DNA of 63,962 nt, filler included, from Cladosporium halotolerans (lineage: Eukaryota), in NCBI RefSeq assembly GCF_011745625.1. It is 8 parts of 8 records of this genome, joined end to end, with 100 filler letters (N's around TTAATTAATTAA, not from the genome) between each part and the next. Parts side by side here need not be neighbours in the genome. Positions count along the whole stretch, not along the records: positions 25,493 to 33,709 come from NW_027191617.1; positions 33,810 to 41,930 come from NW_027191618.1; 6 more parts are not named here. One strand, written 5' to 3'. Positions within the stretch are counted from its first letter, which is position 1; every line of letters starts with the position of its first letter. Both the position numbers and the translations under genes were made by a program. Positions 25,591 to 37,769 of this stretch are shown here, in pieces. Under the pieces are notes generated by a model, which was not told where the DNA came from, made no database searches, and saw only the letters and a program-made list of their open reading frames with translations.

Positions 25591-27216
25591 ATGTTAGCTG
25601 CGTCGGTGCTGATATTGGGAGGTATTGTGGGGTAATTTACCAAGCCAGTTAGCCGCTGTCGCAACAGATGCTTGTTTCGCTCGCGTACGAAGTGGACTGA
25701 AAGATTATCTTAGCACCGACTCATGTTTTGGCGATACGCAGGAATATTCTCACAAAGTCTCTCCTATTACGACCCAGGCGAAGGGTCCCCACGTCATTGC
25801 GAAGGAAGCGATGAACATGCACGCAGCCACAATCATGACAATTCCAGAACTCTCAAATTCAGTTGGTGGCCTAGTGACAGCCACGCAGGCGAAGATCAGT
25901 AACCATACCGACTGCCAGATGGCGCCTACGGTTAGTGGTATGCGGCGACCGAACCTCTCCACAATATACAAGCCCGGGAAGGTAGTCGCAACGTTTACCG
26001 CACCGAGGATGAGTTGGACTAGAATGGGATCTTCAATGCCGGCCGACTCAAAGATTGTCGCGCCATACTAGAGCAGCAATTAACGATACGACGATACGAA
26101 GTAAGAATGCCGAAAGACTTACGTAGAAGAAATAATTCACACCCGTCCACTGCTGTAGGAAGTGGATAGCCATGCCTAAGAACGTGCGGTAAGCAACACG
26201 AGGCTTGTTCCCGCTCCCTATGAAACATTCCAACCAGGAACCGGTGCCAGCAGTCTTTTGCTCCTGGATGTTGTCATGCATCTCTTTCCAGTCGTCTTCA
26301 ATGAGCTGGTTATGCGGATCGTCTTTCAAGCCGCGAAGTCGAGCCATCGACACGCGGGCTTCGTCCCAGCGATCTCTGCCGGCTAGCCATCGAGGAGACT
26401 CTGGCGCGAAGAGGACGCCGATACCAAGTGGGAGTGAAAAGGCAATACCGAGCCCGATGACAATTCTCCAGGAAGCTGACGATTCTTCAATTTCCCGAAC
26501 GCCGTAGTTGATGAGATTGGAGACCAGGATGCCGATAGTGATCATGAGTTGGTAGGAGGCCACTACAGCACCCCTAATCTCGCGAGGACAGCATTCTGAT
26601 TGAAACATCGGTACACCTTGGCCAGATCAGCGGCTGCAATCTAACCAAAACGCATTGTCGTCTTGCAACATACCAACACTGAGGTTTCCGACACCAATAC
26701 CTGCGATGAAACGCCCCATCATCATATGTACCCAAGAGTCCATCGCGGTGATCTGGATGGTGTTCCCGATGATAAAGATGGCCACACCGAAGGACAAGCT
26801 CCGTCGACGACCCCACCAATCAACTGTATAGGCACCAGAAAGAGCACCAATGAGTGATCCAATACTCATGAGTGAGACAATGAGCGATTGCACAATAGAG
26901 GCGAAGCCAGGATCCCCGGCCGTGCCCTGCCCGAAGCGTAGACGAAAATCTCTGAAGAGCAGCATGCCACTAATTTGTCCCTATCATAATGTCAAAAGTT
27001 GCGTCGTCACAGTGGGGCTGTTCGAGCATGTCACAACAGAACGCACCGTGTCATAGCCAAATAGAAATCCGCCTATCGAGGTAACAACCCCAAGCACAAT
27101 GGCCTCGATGCCACAGTCGGCGCCATTGACGCGGACGGATCTGCAAAAGTGTCAGCCTAAACAGCCCTAATTAATATCCCGTCAATCAGAGAAACGCACA
27201 CTTTCCCAAAAACCAT
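25591..27216 (-). CDS. Sugar porter family hexose transporter, multi-exon, 3' end cut by the TE and gap
   Basis: GGFLFGYDTG, DWWGRR, GRFIAGIGVG, PMFQSEC, PESPRWL, QQWTGVNYFFY, ERFGRR, WGPFAWVVIGE. Confidence 0.9.
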
Positions 27217-28605
27217 TGCGTGTCGTACGCTTCGAAGATAGCGATCAGTGAAATCACGAACTCAAGTTGAAATCGCAGGGCCGCGCGACAATGTATAAAC
27301 ACAGTGAACGCACTGTCAGCCGATGCCCAGCCTGACGCAAGCCGTCCAAAGAAACGTCTGGTCATGCCAAGCCACATTTTTCCTCCCATGCGACTGCTAC
27401 CCAAAGCTTCACATTCCGCCCCAAAAGCGCGGAGCACCCCAGATTCGCCCCGGAATGGCGCCAAGAAGCCCCCAAGCATCGGAGACTCGGAGAACCATGT
27501 GCCAGCTTCGACATTGCCCTTGCTGGGGATCCATCAGCCTGGTGGATAACTACGAATGCTAAGGCATAGCCTCATTTGGTGGGTCCAAACAGCATGAACG
27601 ACCGAGTTGTAGGCTTCCAGCCATTGCTTGGCGTCGCCTCTATCCCCCGCCGACATCAACACATAGAATGCCGATTTCCCCCATTCTACGATAGCGCGCT
27701 CAGCGTGACCTACCCCTCTGCTCACGACGCTGCCACAGTAAGGACCATGCGTTATGACCATCGCCACTTCGTTTGCACCGTTCACGCTTGCTTCGAGCAG
27801 CACACGAGAAGCTGCGGCCTTCCGCACTGCCGCCCAGGACCGGATTATCCGTTACTTGGATGATGTCATGCAAGGTGAAGATCCGCGCAGTCCCAGCGCA
27901 AGGCAGCGACGTGATATTGTTGCGGACGGCCTTAGTAATCCGCGACTTCGAGCCACGTCGTTTTCATGTGCTGCCCAAAATCCAAATTGGACCGTTCCGA
28001 GGAGGTGGATCTTACATTCAATTGTCTTAGGCTTGCCACGATGGGAGGTGGGGTCAGATTGGGCTTGAGTTGAAGTCGCCATATTGAGGATGCCTACTGC
28101 ACAAACCGGCACGCGATGCGCCTCATTGCCTGAGACATTAACATTCGTCACGGGCTCATTGTCAATTCATTAGTCTTTCACACATTGCAACAACGATGCA
28201 ATCAGGATCCGAGTGGCCGCCTGCAATTGTCCCTTCCACCTAGCGAAAATGAGACGGATAATCAAGGTAGTACGCGCTTCGCAGTTATTACAAGTGATGT
28301 CTCGATATAGCGATCGGCGATGTAACGATTGTCTCAATGTAGCTCTGGTCACTGTTTGGACCGAGCCTCGTGCCCACACAAATGACGATAATCTCCCTTG
28401 TTACGATCATCGTTGTCACTATTCAGATCCTTTATTAGGGCATTGTTATACTAAATTCTACTCCTATGCCTCCAAAGGCTAAACGTAATGTTAAGGAATA
28501 CCAAATAGATACTTTCAAAAGAGGTATCTCGCAACGTATAATACCACTAGAGCAACAACTGCTCTCATAGCAGGACTAATCGCTGCTTCTCGTACTTGGC
28601 CTAGG

Positions 28606-28860
28606 TGCCACGGTCAAACCCCGGATGCTAGAAGCAGGTCATGTGACACTGCCCCTCCTTCCCCGAGATAGACAAGCAGGTAAGCCGAGAGTCGGCTTAC
28701 TCCTAGATCTGCACTTTGCATCTGGTTGTAGCTCTTCGAGCTACGTCCTGTCAATAGGATCAACCACTGGGTTGAGACTCTGCACGTAGATAGCTCTGTA
28801 TCCGACCCGATTGGCAACCATACCTACGCACCGCATACGCTCCGCATCCCGCCCGTGACA
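28606..28860. mobile_element. Probable solo LTR (255 bp)
   Basis: TGCCACGG...CCGTGACA near-perfect inverted termini; internal hairpins GTAAGCCGA/TCGGCTTAC and GTAGCTC/GAGCTAC. The TSD match is only partial (CTAGG vs CTATT). Confidence 0.5.
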
Positions 28861-28891
28861 CTATTAAAGCATTCGAAAAATGAATAGCTCA

Positions 28892-29576
28892 TTTTTTTTT
28901 TCTAGTATTAATTTTAGATTTTTCTTTTAAATGCAATTACACACACAAAACAGTATTCTTTTTCCTCTTTAACTTTTTTACATATGCTATCTAGCTATTC
29001 TACCACCTCTTTCCCATAGGCCGTTCCTGTTGTATCCTTTGAACGATCTCCTCGTTCGGCAAGCTTTGTACGCTTTTTCTTTCTTCAGGGTCGGAAATGC
29101 GAATGGTGAGTCGGGGCCCCTGAGTCTGGGGGGGTAGGGGATCTCGGCGGTGTCGGCGCGAGCGCGGTCGCGATTTGAGCCCATATTGGGCGAGGGGACG
29201 TAGGCGGCGAGGCTGGTGCTGTCGCTAGACCTTTGACGGCTTCATGAACTGCCTGGACCTCTCGGAGGATGGCGTTTGTGGTCGGGTGTGGTAATGGTTC
29301 CTGCTGTAGGGCGGTGAGCGTTTCCTTGGCTTCGCGGAAGGCGCGAAGGAGGGATGTCTGGATGGATGATGACAAGCCGTTTGGCGCGTCTAAGGTTTCA
29401 AGAAATGCTGCTGCGGTATCAATGAGACTTCTACTCTTTCGGGACGCCAGTTGCGGTGCGATTGGGATATCCCCTCGGTCAGATACTCTTACAGAAGGAC
29501 GTAAAGCCAAATCCAGGGTGACCAAAGGCGAATCAGCCGCAGACCTGGTAGAGCCGGAATAATGGTTGCCGTTCAT
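28892..29576 (-). mobile_element. Internally deleted LINE relic (ORF1-like N-terminus joined to an AT-rich 3' end and poly-A)
   Basis: Coiled coil followed by SPRPIWAQIA, typical of Tad1 ORF1; T10 run at 28892-28901. Confidence 0.45.
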
Positions 29577-30005
29577 TGCAGCACCGGGATTTAATGCTCA
29601 ATCAGCTGCTCTCAGATGGAAGCCGAGGAGTTTCACGCATATGTTCCTTCACCGAGGAAGACAACCCCGCGATCCCCGCTCATGGGAGCCTTGGCAAACA
29701 AGCATTTAGTTGCTACTCCGCGGAATTCAAAGGATCTGATGTCCGAGCTGGGATCGATTTTGGCGTACCACAAACAACCGTGGTTCCAAAGTATGTTGAT
29801 GCAGGGCTGCTCCCTGTTGCCTCCGTGATTGAGCATGGCGACTCAACCAACCTCCGCTTCTCCGAAAGTTCACCGCAATCTAAACAAGCTTCGCCCTCAC
29901 CCATTTTGAGAACTGTCACAGCACCACAAACACCGCGTTTGGTGAGCTCAAAAAATCCCACTCTGGAAGCGCCATTGCGATATCGCATACGCACTCGATG
30001 TTCAT

Positions 30006-31350
30006 ATGCCACAAGACGAGATTGGAGAGAGACTGGGTGTAAAGAGATCAACGGTGAACAGCCTGATTCAGGCCGCAAGAGCGCGCAGTTCGACCTTAAA
30101 TCTAGCCGATCTGCAAGCCTCGATCACGGTTCAACCACGAAGTTGCAGACCAAGACGAGCCACTCATGGCGATTATATATCCTTGACTGTTCGCAGAGCT
30201 CCCCAAGAACACCAATACCATGCCATGGACGACGCAGCCAACCTTTATCTCAGGGAGCGCCAGGTACCGGGCAAAATAGATCGTGATATCCAGCCATTCG
30301 GCACACAATCAATTTACAACATCTTGCAGGACTATGAACAGTGCAGTGCGGATCCAGACGAACAAAATGCCCTTACACGTCACCGCGCATATAGACGTAA
30401 CGAACTCAGTGCTACCAATATTCCACAACGTCAGGCATATCTATTCGAGGTTGAACAGCTAGATCAAGCAGAGAAATCATCATCTGCCGCGACGAGAAGG
30501 CCTATCACTTCGGCGGTGCTTCCAATCAACATGTCACCCTACCCATCAACACCAGCTCGTACCAAAGCTGCGCCCCAACACGGTGCAAGCTCGAGTACTG
30601 GGTTGCTGCCTTTGGCGATTGCTGCGCAGTTAAGAGGCCTTCGACTGCCTGGCAGCTCAAAGATAAGACCTCGGAGGAATTGCAGAGGCAGCTGGATGAA
30701 TGCAATGCACAGGCGAAACAGATAACCCAAGAGCAACGTGCCGATGCAGAATTTCACGGCACGCCCGATCATCAGTATCTCACTTTGATGAATGCGCAGG
30801 TGTCCGACACCTTTCGAATGCGTGCCACTGCTGATGACAGTGTTGGCCCCAAACACTGGACTCCAGAGCGCCTCTTCGCTTACCAAAATCACAATCCCAA
30901 AGAGGAAACTTAGAAGCTCAAATTCGTGTAGTATGCGTTTGAAATGTAAAGGAAGCTTTTTCTCCCTAAGTATCGTAAGATATGCAGACAAATTCCAAGC
31001 AGGAGAGTGGTGATACAGGAAGGCAACCATGGACATCGTCTCAAGGCTCGCCGGCTTCTACACACTGAGATCCTCCAGCAAGACATTGTGTTTGTGACCC
31101 ATCCTGACACTTCACCGGATCTAGCACCCCTTGAAGGCCGTCAAGGTGAGTACGAAAGTAAGCTTGCAAGCCGTACTTACGAAGAGATAGATGCACAGGC
31201 TTCCACTTTACAAAGGTCAGAGGATCTCCTTAAGCAAACCTGCTAAAGAAAAGATTTCAATCAGACAGGGAAGAGCAAGGTCTCTAGAGCAGCCTACAAA
31301 GAGCTAGCAAAGAGGTGCAAGATATAGGAGGGGGCAACCACTTCACGGAC
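30006..31350 (+). pseudogene. Degenerate Tc1/mariner-type transposase
   Basis: HTH QDEIGERLGVKRSTV..PRSCRPR; C-terminal IQEGNHGH..HPDTSPDLAPLE resembles Tc1 QDNAPxH..SPDLNPIE; several frameshifts. Confidence 0.65.
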
Positions 31351-31650
31351 GACATTTCACTCAGTTGTCGAGGATTGCTGACGGGCGGCCTCTTTTGGGT
31401 CTCGGTGGGGTATCAAAATAGCTAGGAACGAGGATAATCTGGGGAATCCGAAAACTTTCGGAGCATCGGAGGCAGGTGCCGCACTTCCAAGCCTTGGCCC
31501 TCACGAACGTCTTGGGCCGCGGCATCTGATCCACGTGCATTTCAGGATTTAAGTACCTCATCGTCGAACGTCGATTCACCATAGTGTTATCCATTATACC
31601 TTTGCGATCTATCTTACAAGTTCACTATCAACCGATAAGACTAGCCAGCT

Positions 31651-33582
31651 ATGGAAAAAAATGAGTTCACCGACGAGCGCTTGGAGAATGCTTCGAGGTC
31701 CCCGCCGCCTGAGAGAAGGCACACCCCTGGCGCAGATGAGCTATTACTACAATCCTGGAGCAATCACGAGCAGAGAAAACTCATTCGCAGGGTCGATGTC
31801 AGGTTGATCCCAATGTGCGGCGTGATGTACTGCGTTTCGCTTTTGGATAGGACAAATCTGTCGAATGCGGTAATTGCCGGCATGGGCAAGGAGCTTATGC
31901 TCGCAAACATCGGCGGCGTGGATCGCTACGTATTGAAATCTCTGCCTAAACGGTATTCGCAAACCAGTGACTAACTATTCCACAGTCTATCGTCACACTC
32001 GTCTTTTTCATCACCTACACTCTGTGCCAGCCTCCCGCCACGATCCTTTGCCGCAAGATTGGGCCCCGGGTCTTTCTCTCTACCATCACCCTGTTGTGGG
32101 GTCTCATTATGTTAGGCATGGGCTTTGTTGAACACTGGGCCACCTTGATCGGGTTGCGTCTGGTCCTGGGAATATTCGAGGTACGCAAATGGCTTCTCCG
32201 CTTCATCATTACTGTGACTGACGACCGTTCGTGGGAAGGCGGGGTTCTTTCCTGGAGTCGTGTATCTCCTGTCGACATGGTATACGCGGTATGAGGTCGG
32301 TAAGCGGTATGCCGCTTTCTATCTGATTGGCTGTGTTGCTTCTGCCTTCGGTGGCATTCTCGCGTTTGGTTTGATGCAGATGGAAGGCGTTGCTGGTGAG
32401 TCGGTGATTCTCCTCCAGTAAAAGGCAACTCTAATTACAAATTCAGGCTACGGCGGCTGGCGCTGGATATTCATCATTGAAGGGCTTGTAAGTGTGCCCC
32501 TTTGGCATTCGCGTCGAGAGGATTGTACCTGCCCTTCCGTATCTTTCACACTATTTGTTCCTTGCACAAATATTTCATGTGTATATTATGCTGATTTTTT
32601 CTCTAGTTGACGGTCGTTATCGCGTGCCTCGGCTACGTGTACCTCCGATCCTTTCCAGATAATGAAAGATCACGAAGTCTGCGCTTCTTGACGGAGGAAG
32701 AACGGCTTTGCATCCTCGCTCGTGTCAACCTTGACCGTGGCGATGCTAATGTCGAGCGTTTCGACCTGAAAAAATGGGCTTCGTCCGGCCTAGATTGGAA
32801 GGTAATTGTAATAGACCGAACGCTACTGGGAAATAGCACTAAAGACTCGTCAGATCTGGGCTTACGCCATGATTTTCGGTTCTATAACCACGGTGTCGTA
32901 TGCACTAGCTTACTGTAAGCGCCTCGGCTACAATTTCCGCACGATAGTCTCTCTAACCCTTGCGATAGTCCTCCCACAGATTCTGGACTACAGCCTCGGG
33001 TTCGATACTGGTACATCGCAGTGCCTCATAGCCCCGCCCTATGTTTTCGCAGGCATTATGGTGAGTGCTGTGCTTCCCTCTCGTGTTTTCTCCATCAAAG
33101 CACCGCTAAAACGCCCGCAGATGCTTCTCACGGGATGGTGGGGTGACAAATACCATATGCGCGGGCCTGCTTGCGCGTTCAACGCCACAATGGCTCTCAT
33201 CGGCCTTACAATTGTTGGCTTCCACAGCAACGCGAAGGTACGGTATTTTGGCGTGTTCTTCGCTACGGCAGGCGCAAATGCGAACATACCGGTCGCTATG
33301 TCGTACCAGGCAAATAACATTCGCGGACAATGGAAGCGAGCATTTTGCTCAGCAACTCTTGTCGGATTTGGTGCGTTGGGAGGTATTGTTGGGTCAACGG
33401 TTTTCAGAAGCGAGGATGCTCCTGACTATGTGCCGGGAATTAGTGTCGCTATGGGGTCTCAGGTATTGATCTTGGTTCTTGTTGGCCTGCTCACGATAGA
33501 TTTCAAGCGCCAGAACAAGAAGGCAGATCGGGGCGAAAAGGTATTGGAAGAGGGTGACAAGCACTTTCGATACACCCTTTGA
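31651..33582 (+). CDS. MFS anion:cation symporter (allantoate/nicotinate-type), multi-exon
   Basis: LIRRVDVRLIP, LDRTNLSNA, LRLVLGIFE, GWRWIFIIEG, NNIRGQWKRA, FRSEDAPDY, ends FRYTL*. Confidence 0.9.
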
Positions 33583-33610
33583 AACAGAGTTTCTGTGGTG
33601 GGGGCAAGGT

Positions 33611-33709
33611 CAGACTTCTGCACAATCAATCAAGCTCAAGCGGGAACTATATGCTTGATTGATTGACTGACTGGGCTTGCTTGATTGCTTGAGCTTGAGA
33701 GTAGCAAGC
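33611..33709. mobile_element. Possible hAT-like terminus, family D (CAGACTTCTGCACAATCAATCAAGC...)
   Basis: Starts with CAG, has repeated CAAGC/GCTTG and AATC/GATT motifs and ends at the gap; only one copy seen. Confidence 0.45.
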
Positions 33710-33809
33710 NNNNNNNNNNNNNNNNNNNNNNNNNNNNNNNNNNNNNNNNNNNNTTAATTAATTAANNNNNNNNNNNNNNNNNNNNNNNNNNNNNNNNNNN
33801 NNNNNNNNN
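33710..33809. other. Artificial contig linker
   Basis: N44-TTAATTAATTAA-N44. Confidence 0.99.
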
Positions 33810-35560
33810 TCAAATGCCAGGAGGGTTTGGAAAGCGGCTTCGATACAGGATCGGCAACCATCCATAAATCGTTCCTCTTTCATTGCCGCAATGGCTTCAT
33901 AGACAAACGCCTCGCTCGGCAAGTTCGTGATGACACAAATTTCTACAGCGGCTTGCTTGACTGTGTAGCCGATATCATAGTATGGCCGGATGTTCAGAGC
34001 GAAGCTTAAGAAGGGTCTATACATCAAGTACTGGACCCTCCAGTATTTGGCACGCAGCCGCGCATGGAGCATGTCGTAGGGAGGACCATCCGAGTCATTC
34101 CATCGCAGATTCTTGGGCAGATGGTCTCTCCACTCCTGAAGAACAGTTCCGCAATTCATCAGCTCAAATCTTACAACGTGGAATGTGGAATGGCGCTCTT
34201 GCCTGTATAGTCGATCATACAGGCCCCCAAGATGCTTCTCCAAGGATATCTGCGCAGTCAAGAAGAGGAGCAGTTCTTCGGGAGGGCCTCTTGTGTATTG
34301 GATTTGCGACGTCGCTTGACAATTTTCTGTTCCAGTCCAGTCCTGCGGCAAAGGTAAGAAAGTGGAGAGCTCCGCAAGATGACTTGTGCGAATATCCGCA
34401 TGGGGCGGAGCTTCGTTCTCCAGCTGCAAACACGACCAAGCGGCGATCAGTGTCAACGACTCACTAAAAGTCCGTGGAAGTTCACATTGCGGAGTAGCCT
34501 GGAGACTCGTGCCATAGGTATCGTTCGCGCCCACCAGTTTTCGGAGAGTCTGGCCCGCTATCGCAAACCATGATTTGCTCTCCTTGACGCGGTCAAAGTG
34601 TGCAGCAAAGAGACCGGCCAGCAGATACACCTGAGCATACGTCAGGGTTCTGTCTTGAGACGCTACCAAAAGAGATCTCATGGCTTGCGTGTACCACTTC
34701 GCACCCGGAAGGGAACAAGGATTGCCAAACTCACGGCTTACATCTCTTTGCTGGCATGACGAAGACTTCGTATGTTCGCATACCTCGCCAAGTGCTAGTA
34801 CCAAAAGTATCAACGCATTGTCCAAGTCAACTCTTTGGGAAGATGCGAATACCTGCAAGGCATTTCGACGCTTCGAGTGTCCGTCGGGGCCCTCATGGGC
34901 ACCAGATCTGTGGGCGCTCACTCTCGCGACGTTGCTCATGATATAGTCGTCAAGAAGCTCTCGGACGTTGCGTATGTCGAGAAAGGGGTAAATGCTATGG
35001 ATCTGCTCCACATAATTGGCAAAGTAGCTGTTGATGGTGGTGGCTGTAAGTTCCGGGCTTTCGCGGCGAGAGTTTAGCCCAGTCAGCGACATGGTCGGTT
35101 CTGCGTATATCCAAAGGCTCTGCTGAGAGTGACTGCTAATCTTCGCCTGGGTTCCAGAGATTTGTTCCATAAGATTGGCCACGCTTGGCCAAACCAAGAT
35201 CGATTTTGGTGATACCGTGCTGCGGGAGCTTGAACCGGTGTCGGGTTGGAGCTGTTGAGATCGTAGCTGCTCCAGCTGCAGGGCTATTTCATCGCCTTCA
35301 TGCTGCGCGGAGATCTTTCGACAACTTGACAAAGCATTTAGAGGCCGCTGGGGTCGGGCGCAGGCGACATACTCGCAAGCGACGGCACGGCTGCTGCATC
35401 CAGCACAAATTGGTCTTCTGTCACAACGTTTCCTCAGCCTACGGCATTGCTCGCAAGCACCCCCTGTGTTTTTTGGTCGTCTCATTTGTCCAGAGATGGC
35501 AAGTCGCTGCGACGTCAGGTCTCGCCTTTTGTCCAGCTTGCTGCATTTAGAGATGGCCAT
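33810..35560 (-). CDS. Zn(II)2Cys6 transcription factor with a middle homology region (3' end truncated by the gap)
   Basis: ACEQCRRLRKRCDRRPICAGCSSRAVACEY; IHSIYPFLD; LLVLALG; LRAKYW..YRPFL. Confidence 0.88.
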
Positions 35561-36631
35561 GTCAAAGGAGCGAGATTTGTTGTTCGGGGCTCGGAAAAGT
35601 GCACAACTTCAAAAGTTCCTCTCCAGACAACAGATATCCTCGATGACTCCTGTCAGCACCGTTGACGTGAAGAATCTCGATGCGCACACAGCATATTGAA
35701 GTATGCCCGCGCTGACCCAGGCCTCTTGCGCACTACTGCTTGATGCTGCCTTGAAGATTCAGCCGCAAAAAGTGCCAAGTGCGTTGGCGCAAAATTTGAG
35801 ACTCGTCAATATCCTGGTTCACCCCAAAGCATGGACTTGACTGCCAAAGCCCTAGTATCCAGGCTGTATTGGATGGCGTCGGCTGAAGATTACAGCAGCA
35901 TGTGAAGCACGACCTGCACCTAGAAGCTAGGGGCTATCATAGTCTCCACTGACGCCACTAAATCAGCACTCAGGGGTCGGCTGGGTCACCTCGTTGCCTA
36001 GATGGTCTTCACATCTCCACTCTGCAAAGTCGGACGAGAAACACCTGTCGAGTGGCCTTCACAGCTGAAGCAAGCGCCACCTGCCAGGGGTCTGTTGTCA
36101 TCCAAGCACAAACACTAAGCAAACATGACACGGCACGTGCAAGCGGGCTCCCCGTGGTTGCTTCGTCTGAACACTGAAGTTGAAGCGTGTAGTACGCGCG
36201 AGGCGAGCAGGCCGACGTCCCGTTACTGGGCTGTGCTTCTTCGAAGTAGAGAGACCAGATTTTGCTTGGAAGACCGGGCCTTCCGGATCCTTCCTCATGA
36301 TCTTCGATCCAGAAGACGGCCATTGCTGGCACGGTCGCGTGCGCACTGTTTGTTGCAGCAGATGTTGAGGAGATGCGAATTTGGGTCTACTTGAGTAGCA
36401 TTGCCATCAAGGTGGAGTTTAATTGCCGCTTGATAATAAGACCCCATCGACACTCTACATCATCGGCGCCTTCACTACATGCGTGAGGATCTATCACCCC
36501 TGACAGCCTTCGTTAGGGAGCGAGTCGTCCCAACCCTTCTTGCAGAGATACAGTTCCGGTCGGGTCACGCGATGCATAAAATTGTAGAGAACGTCAATTG
36601 AATGATCAGACTCCTCAGTCTCCGTGGTTGG

Positions 36632-37769
36632 TCAAGACCTCGGATATGTTGTACATTTTTCGATTTCTTGGACGATCAGTTCTATGTCGGGCACGTCAGT
36701 ATGCCTGGGTACCAGGATCTCCCAATACAGACTTACTTCTCGCTCCATCAGTGCTCAGACAAATGAGGTCGCCGAAGTTCTAATAGCCACAAGGTATACG
36801 ATGCGCTTCAGGTTCGTGGGCAGAATTGTGGTACACTTTGAGGTATGGATGTTCCAGGGCCATTCCTACACTGATGCGCTCGTTAGGATTGAAGGACAAT
36901 AGTCGGTCCAATATGTCGAGTGCTTGGTCGGAAGCACGCGGGAACAATCCTTTCCAAGACTTTTTCGACTTAAGCGGTAGTCGTTGAAGGTCCCTTTGCG
37001 CACTTTTGTCGAGCTTGCGAAAGTCCTTCGAATAAGGCGTCCCAATAACATCGAAAATTTGATCAAGCTGCTCCTCATGCCTGGTTCCAGAGAAAAGCCG
37101 TTTGCGGCCCAACATCTCGGCAAATATGCATCCGACGGCCCACATATCTACAGCCGTGGTGCATCTCCCCGGTGGAAGCATGATATCAGGTGCACGATAA
37201 CAGAGGGAGCCGACTGGTCCAGTCGAAGTGCCCTTGGCAACATCGCTGTTCGTTGAAGGGCGCGCAGCACCAAAACCGGACACCTTGAGGTCGCAATTGG
37301 TGTTGATCAGCAGGTTTGAAGGGCTGAGATTGCAGTGAACGATGCCAGCAGAATGTATTGCTTTCAACGCACGCAGGATTTGATAGAGGAAATACTGGCA
37401 GTGGTCGTCGGACAGTTCCTGATTCCCGTCCATTATGAGCGACTGCATGTCCGTTTCCATCAGCTCTTGGACAATGTAGATTTCTTGACAGGACTCAGAG
37501 TTGCGCGGTCGAGGGACTGCTAAGACTGAAATTATGTTTTCGTGGTGAAAGTGACGGAGCAACTTGATCACGCGCAAGACACGCAGACCGCATTCCACAT
37601 GTTCGAACGGGAGTGATCTGAGGATGGCGACTTGCTGCTGGGATTCTTTGTGTGATGCAGCAAAGACAGTGTGATAAATGCCTTCTGCCAGCCAGCCACA
37701 AAGGTCGTATTCGGCGCCGGGATGGAAATCGCTGTTGGAGGACCAGGATTCACACTCGCCGCGAGGCAT
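36632..37769 (-). CDS. Fus3/Kss1(Pmk1)-like pseudokinase; premature TAG at 36780-36782; terminal intron 36736-36682
   Basis: LLRHFHHENIIS, QELMETDM, QELSDDHCQYFLYQILRALKAIHSA, LLINTNCDLK, ALEHPYL. After the TAG and intron the frame reads KLIVQEI, like the Pmk1 C-terminus. Confidence 0.85.

Noticed and set aside
36780..37769. MAPK paralog as a processed retrocopy
   Set aside because: A canonical terminal intron (36736-36682) is retained and no poly-A tail is seen.
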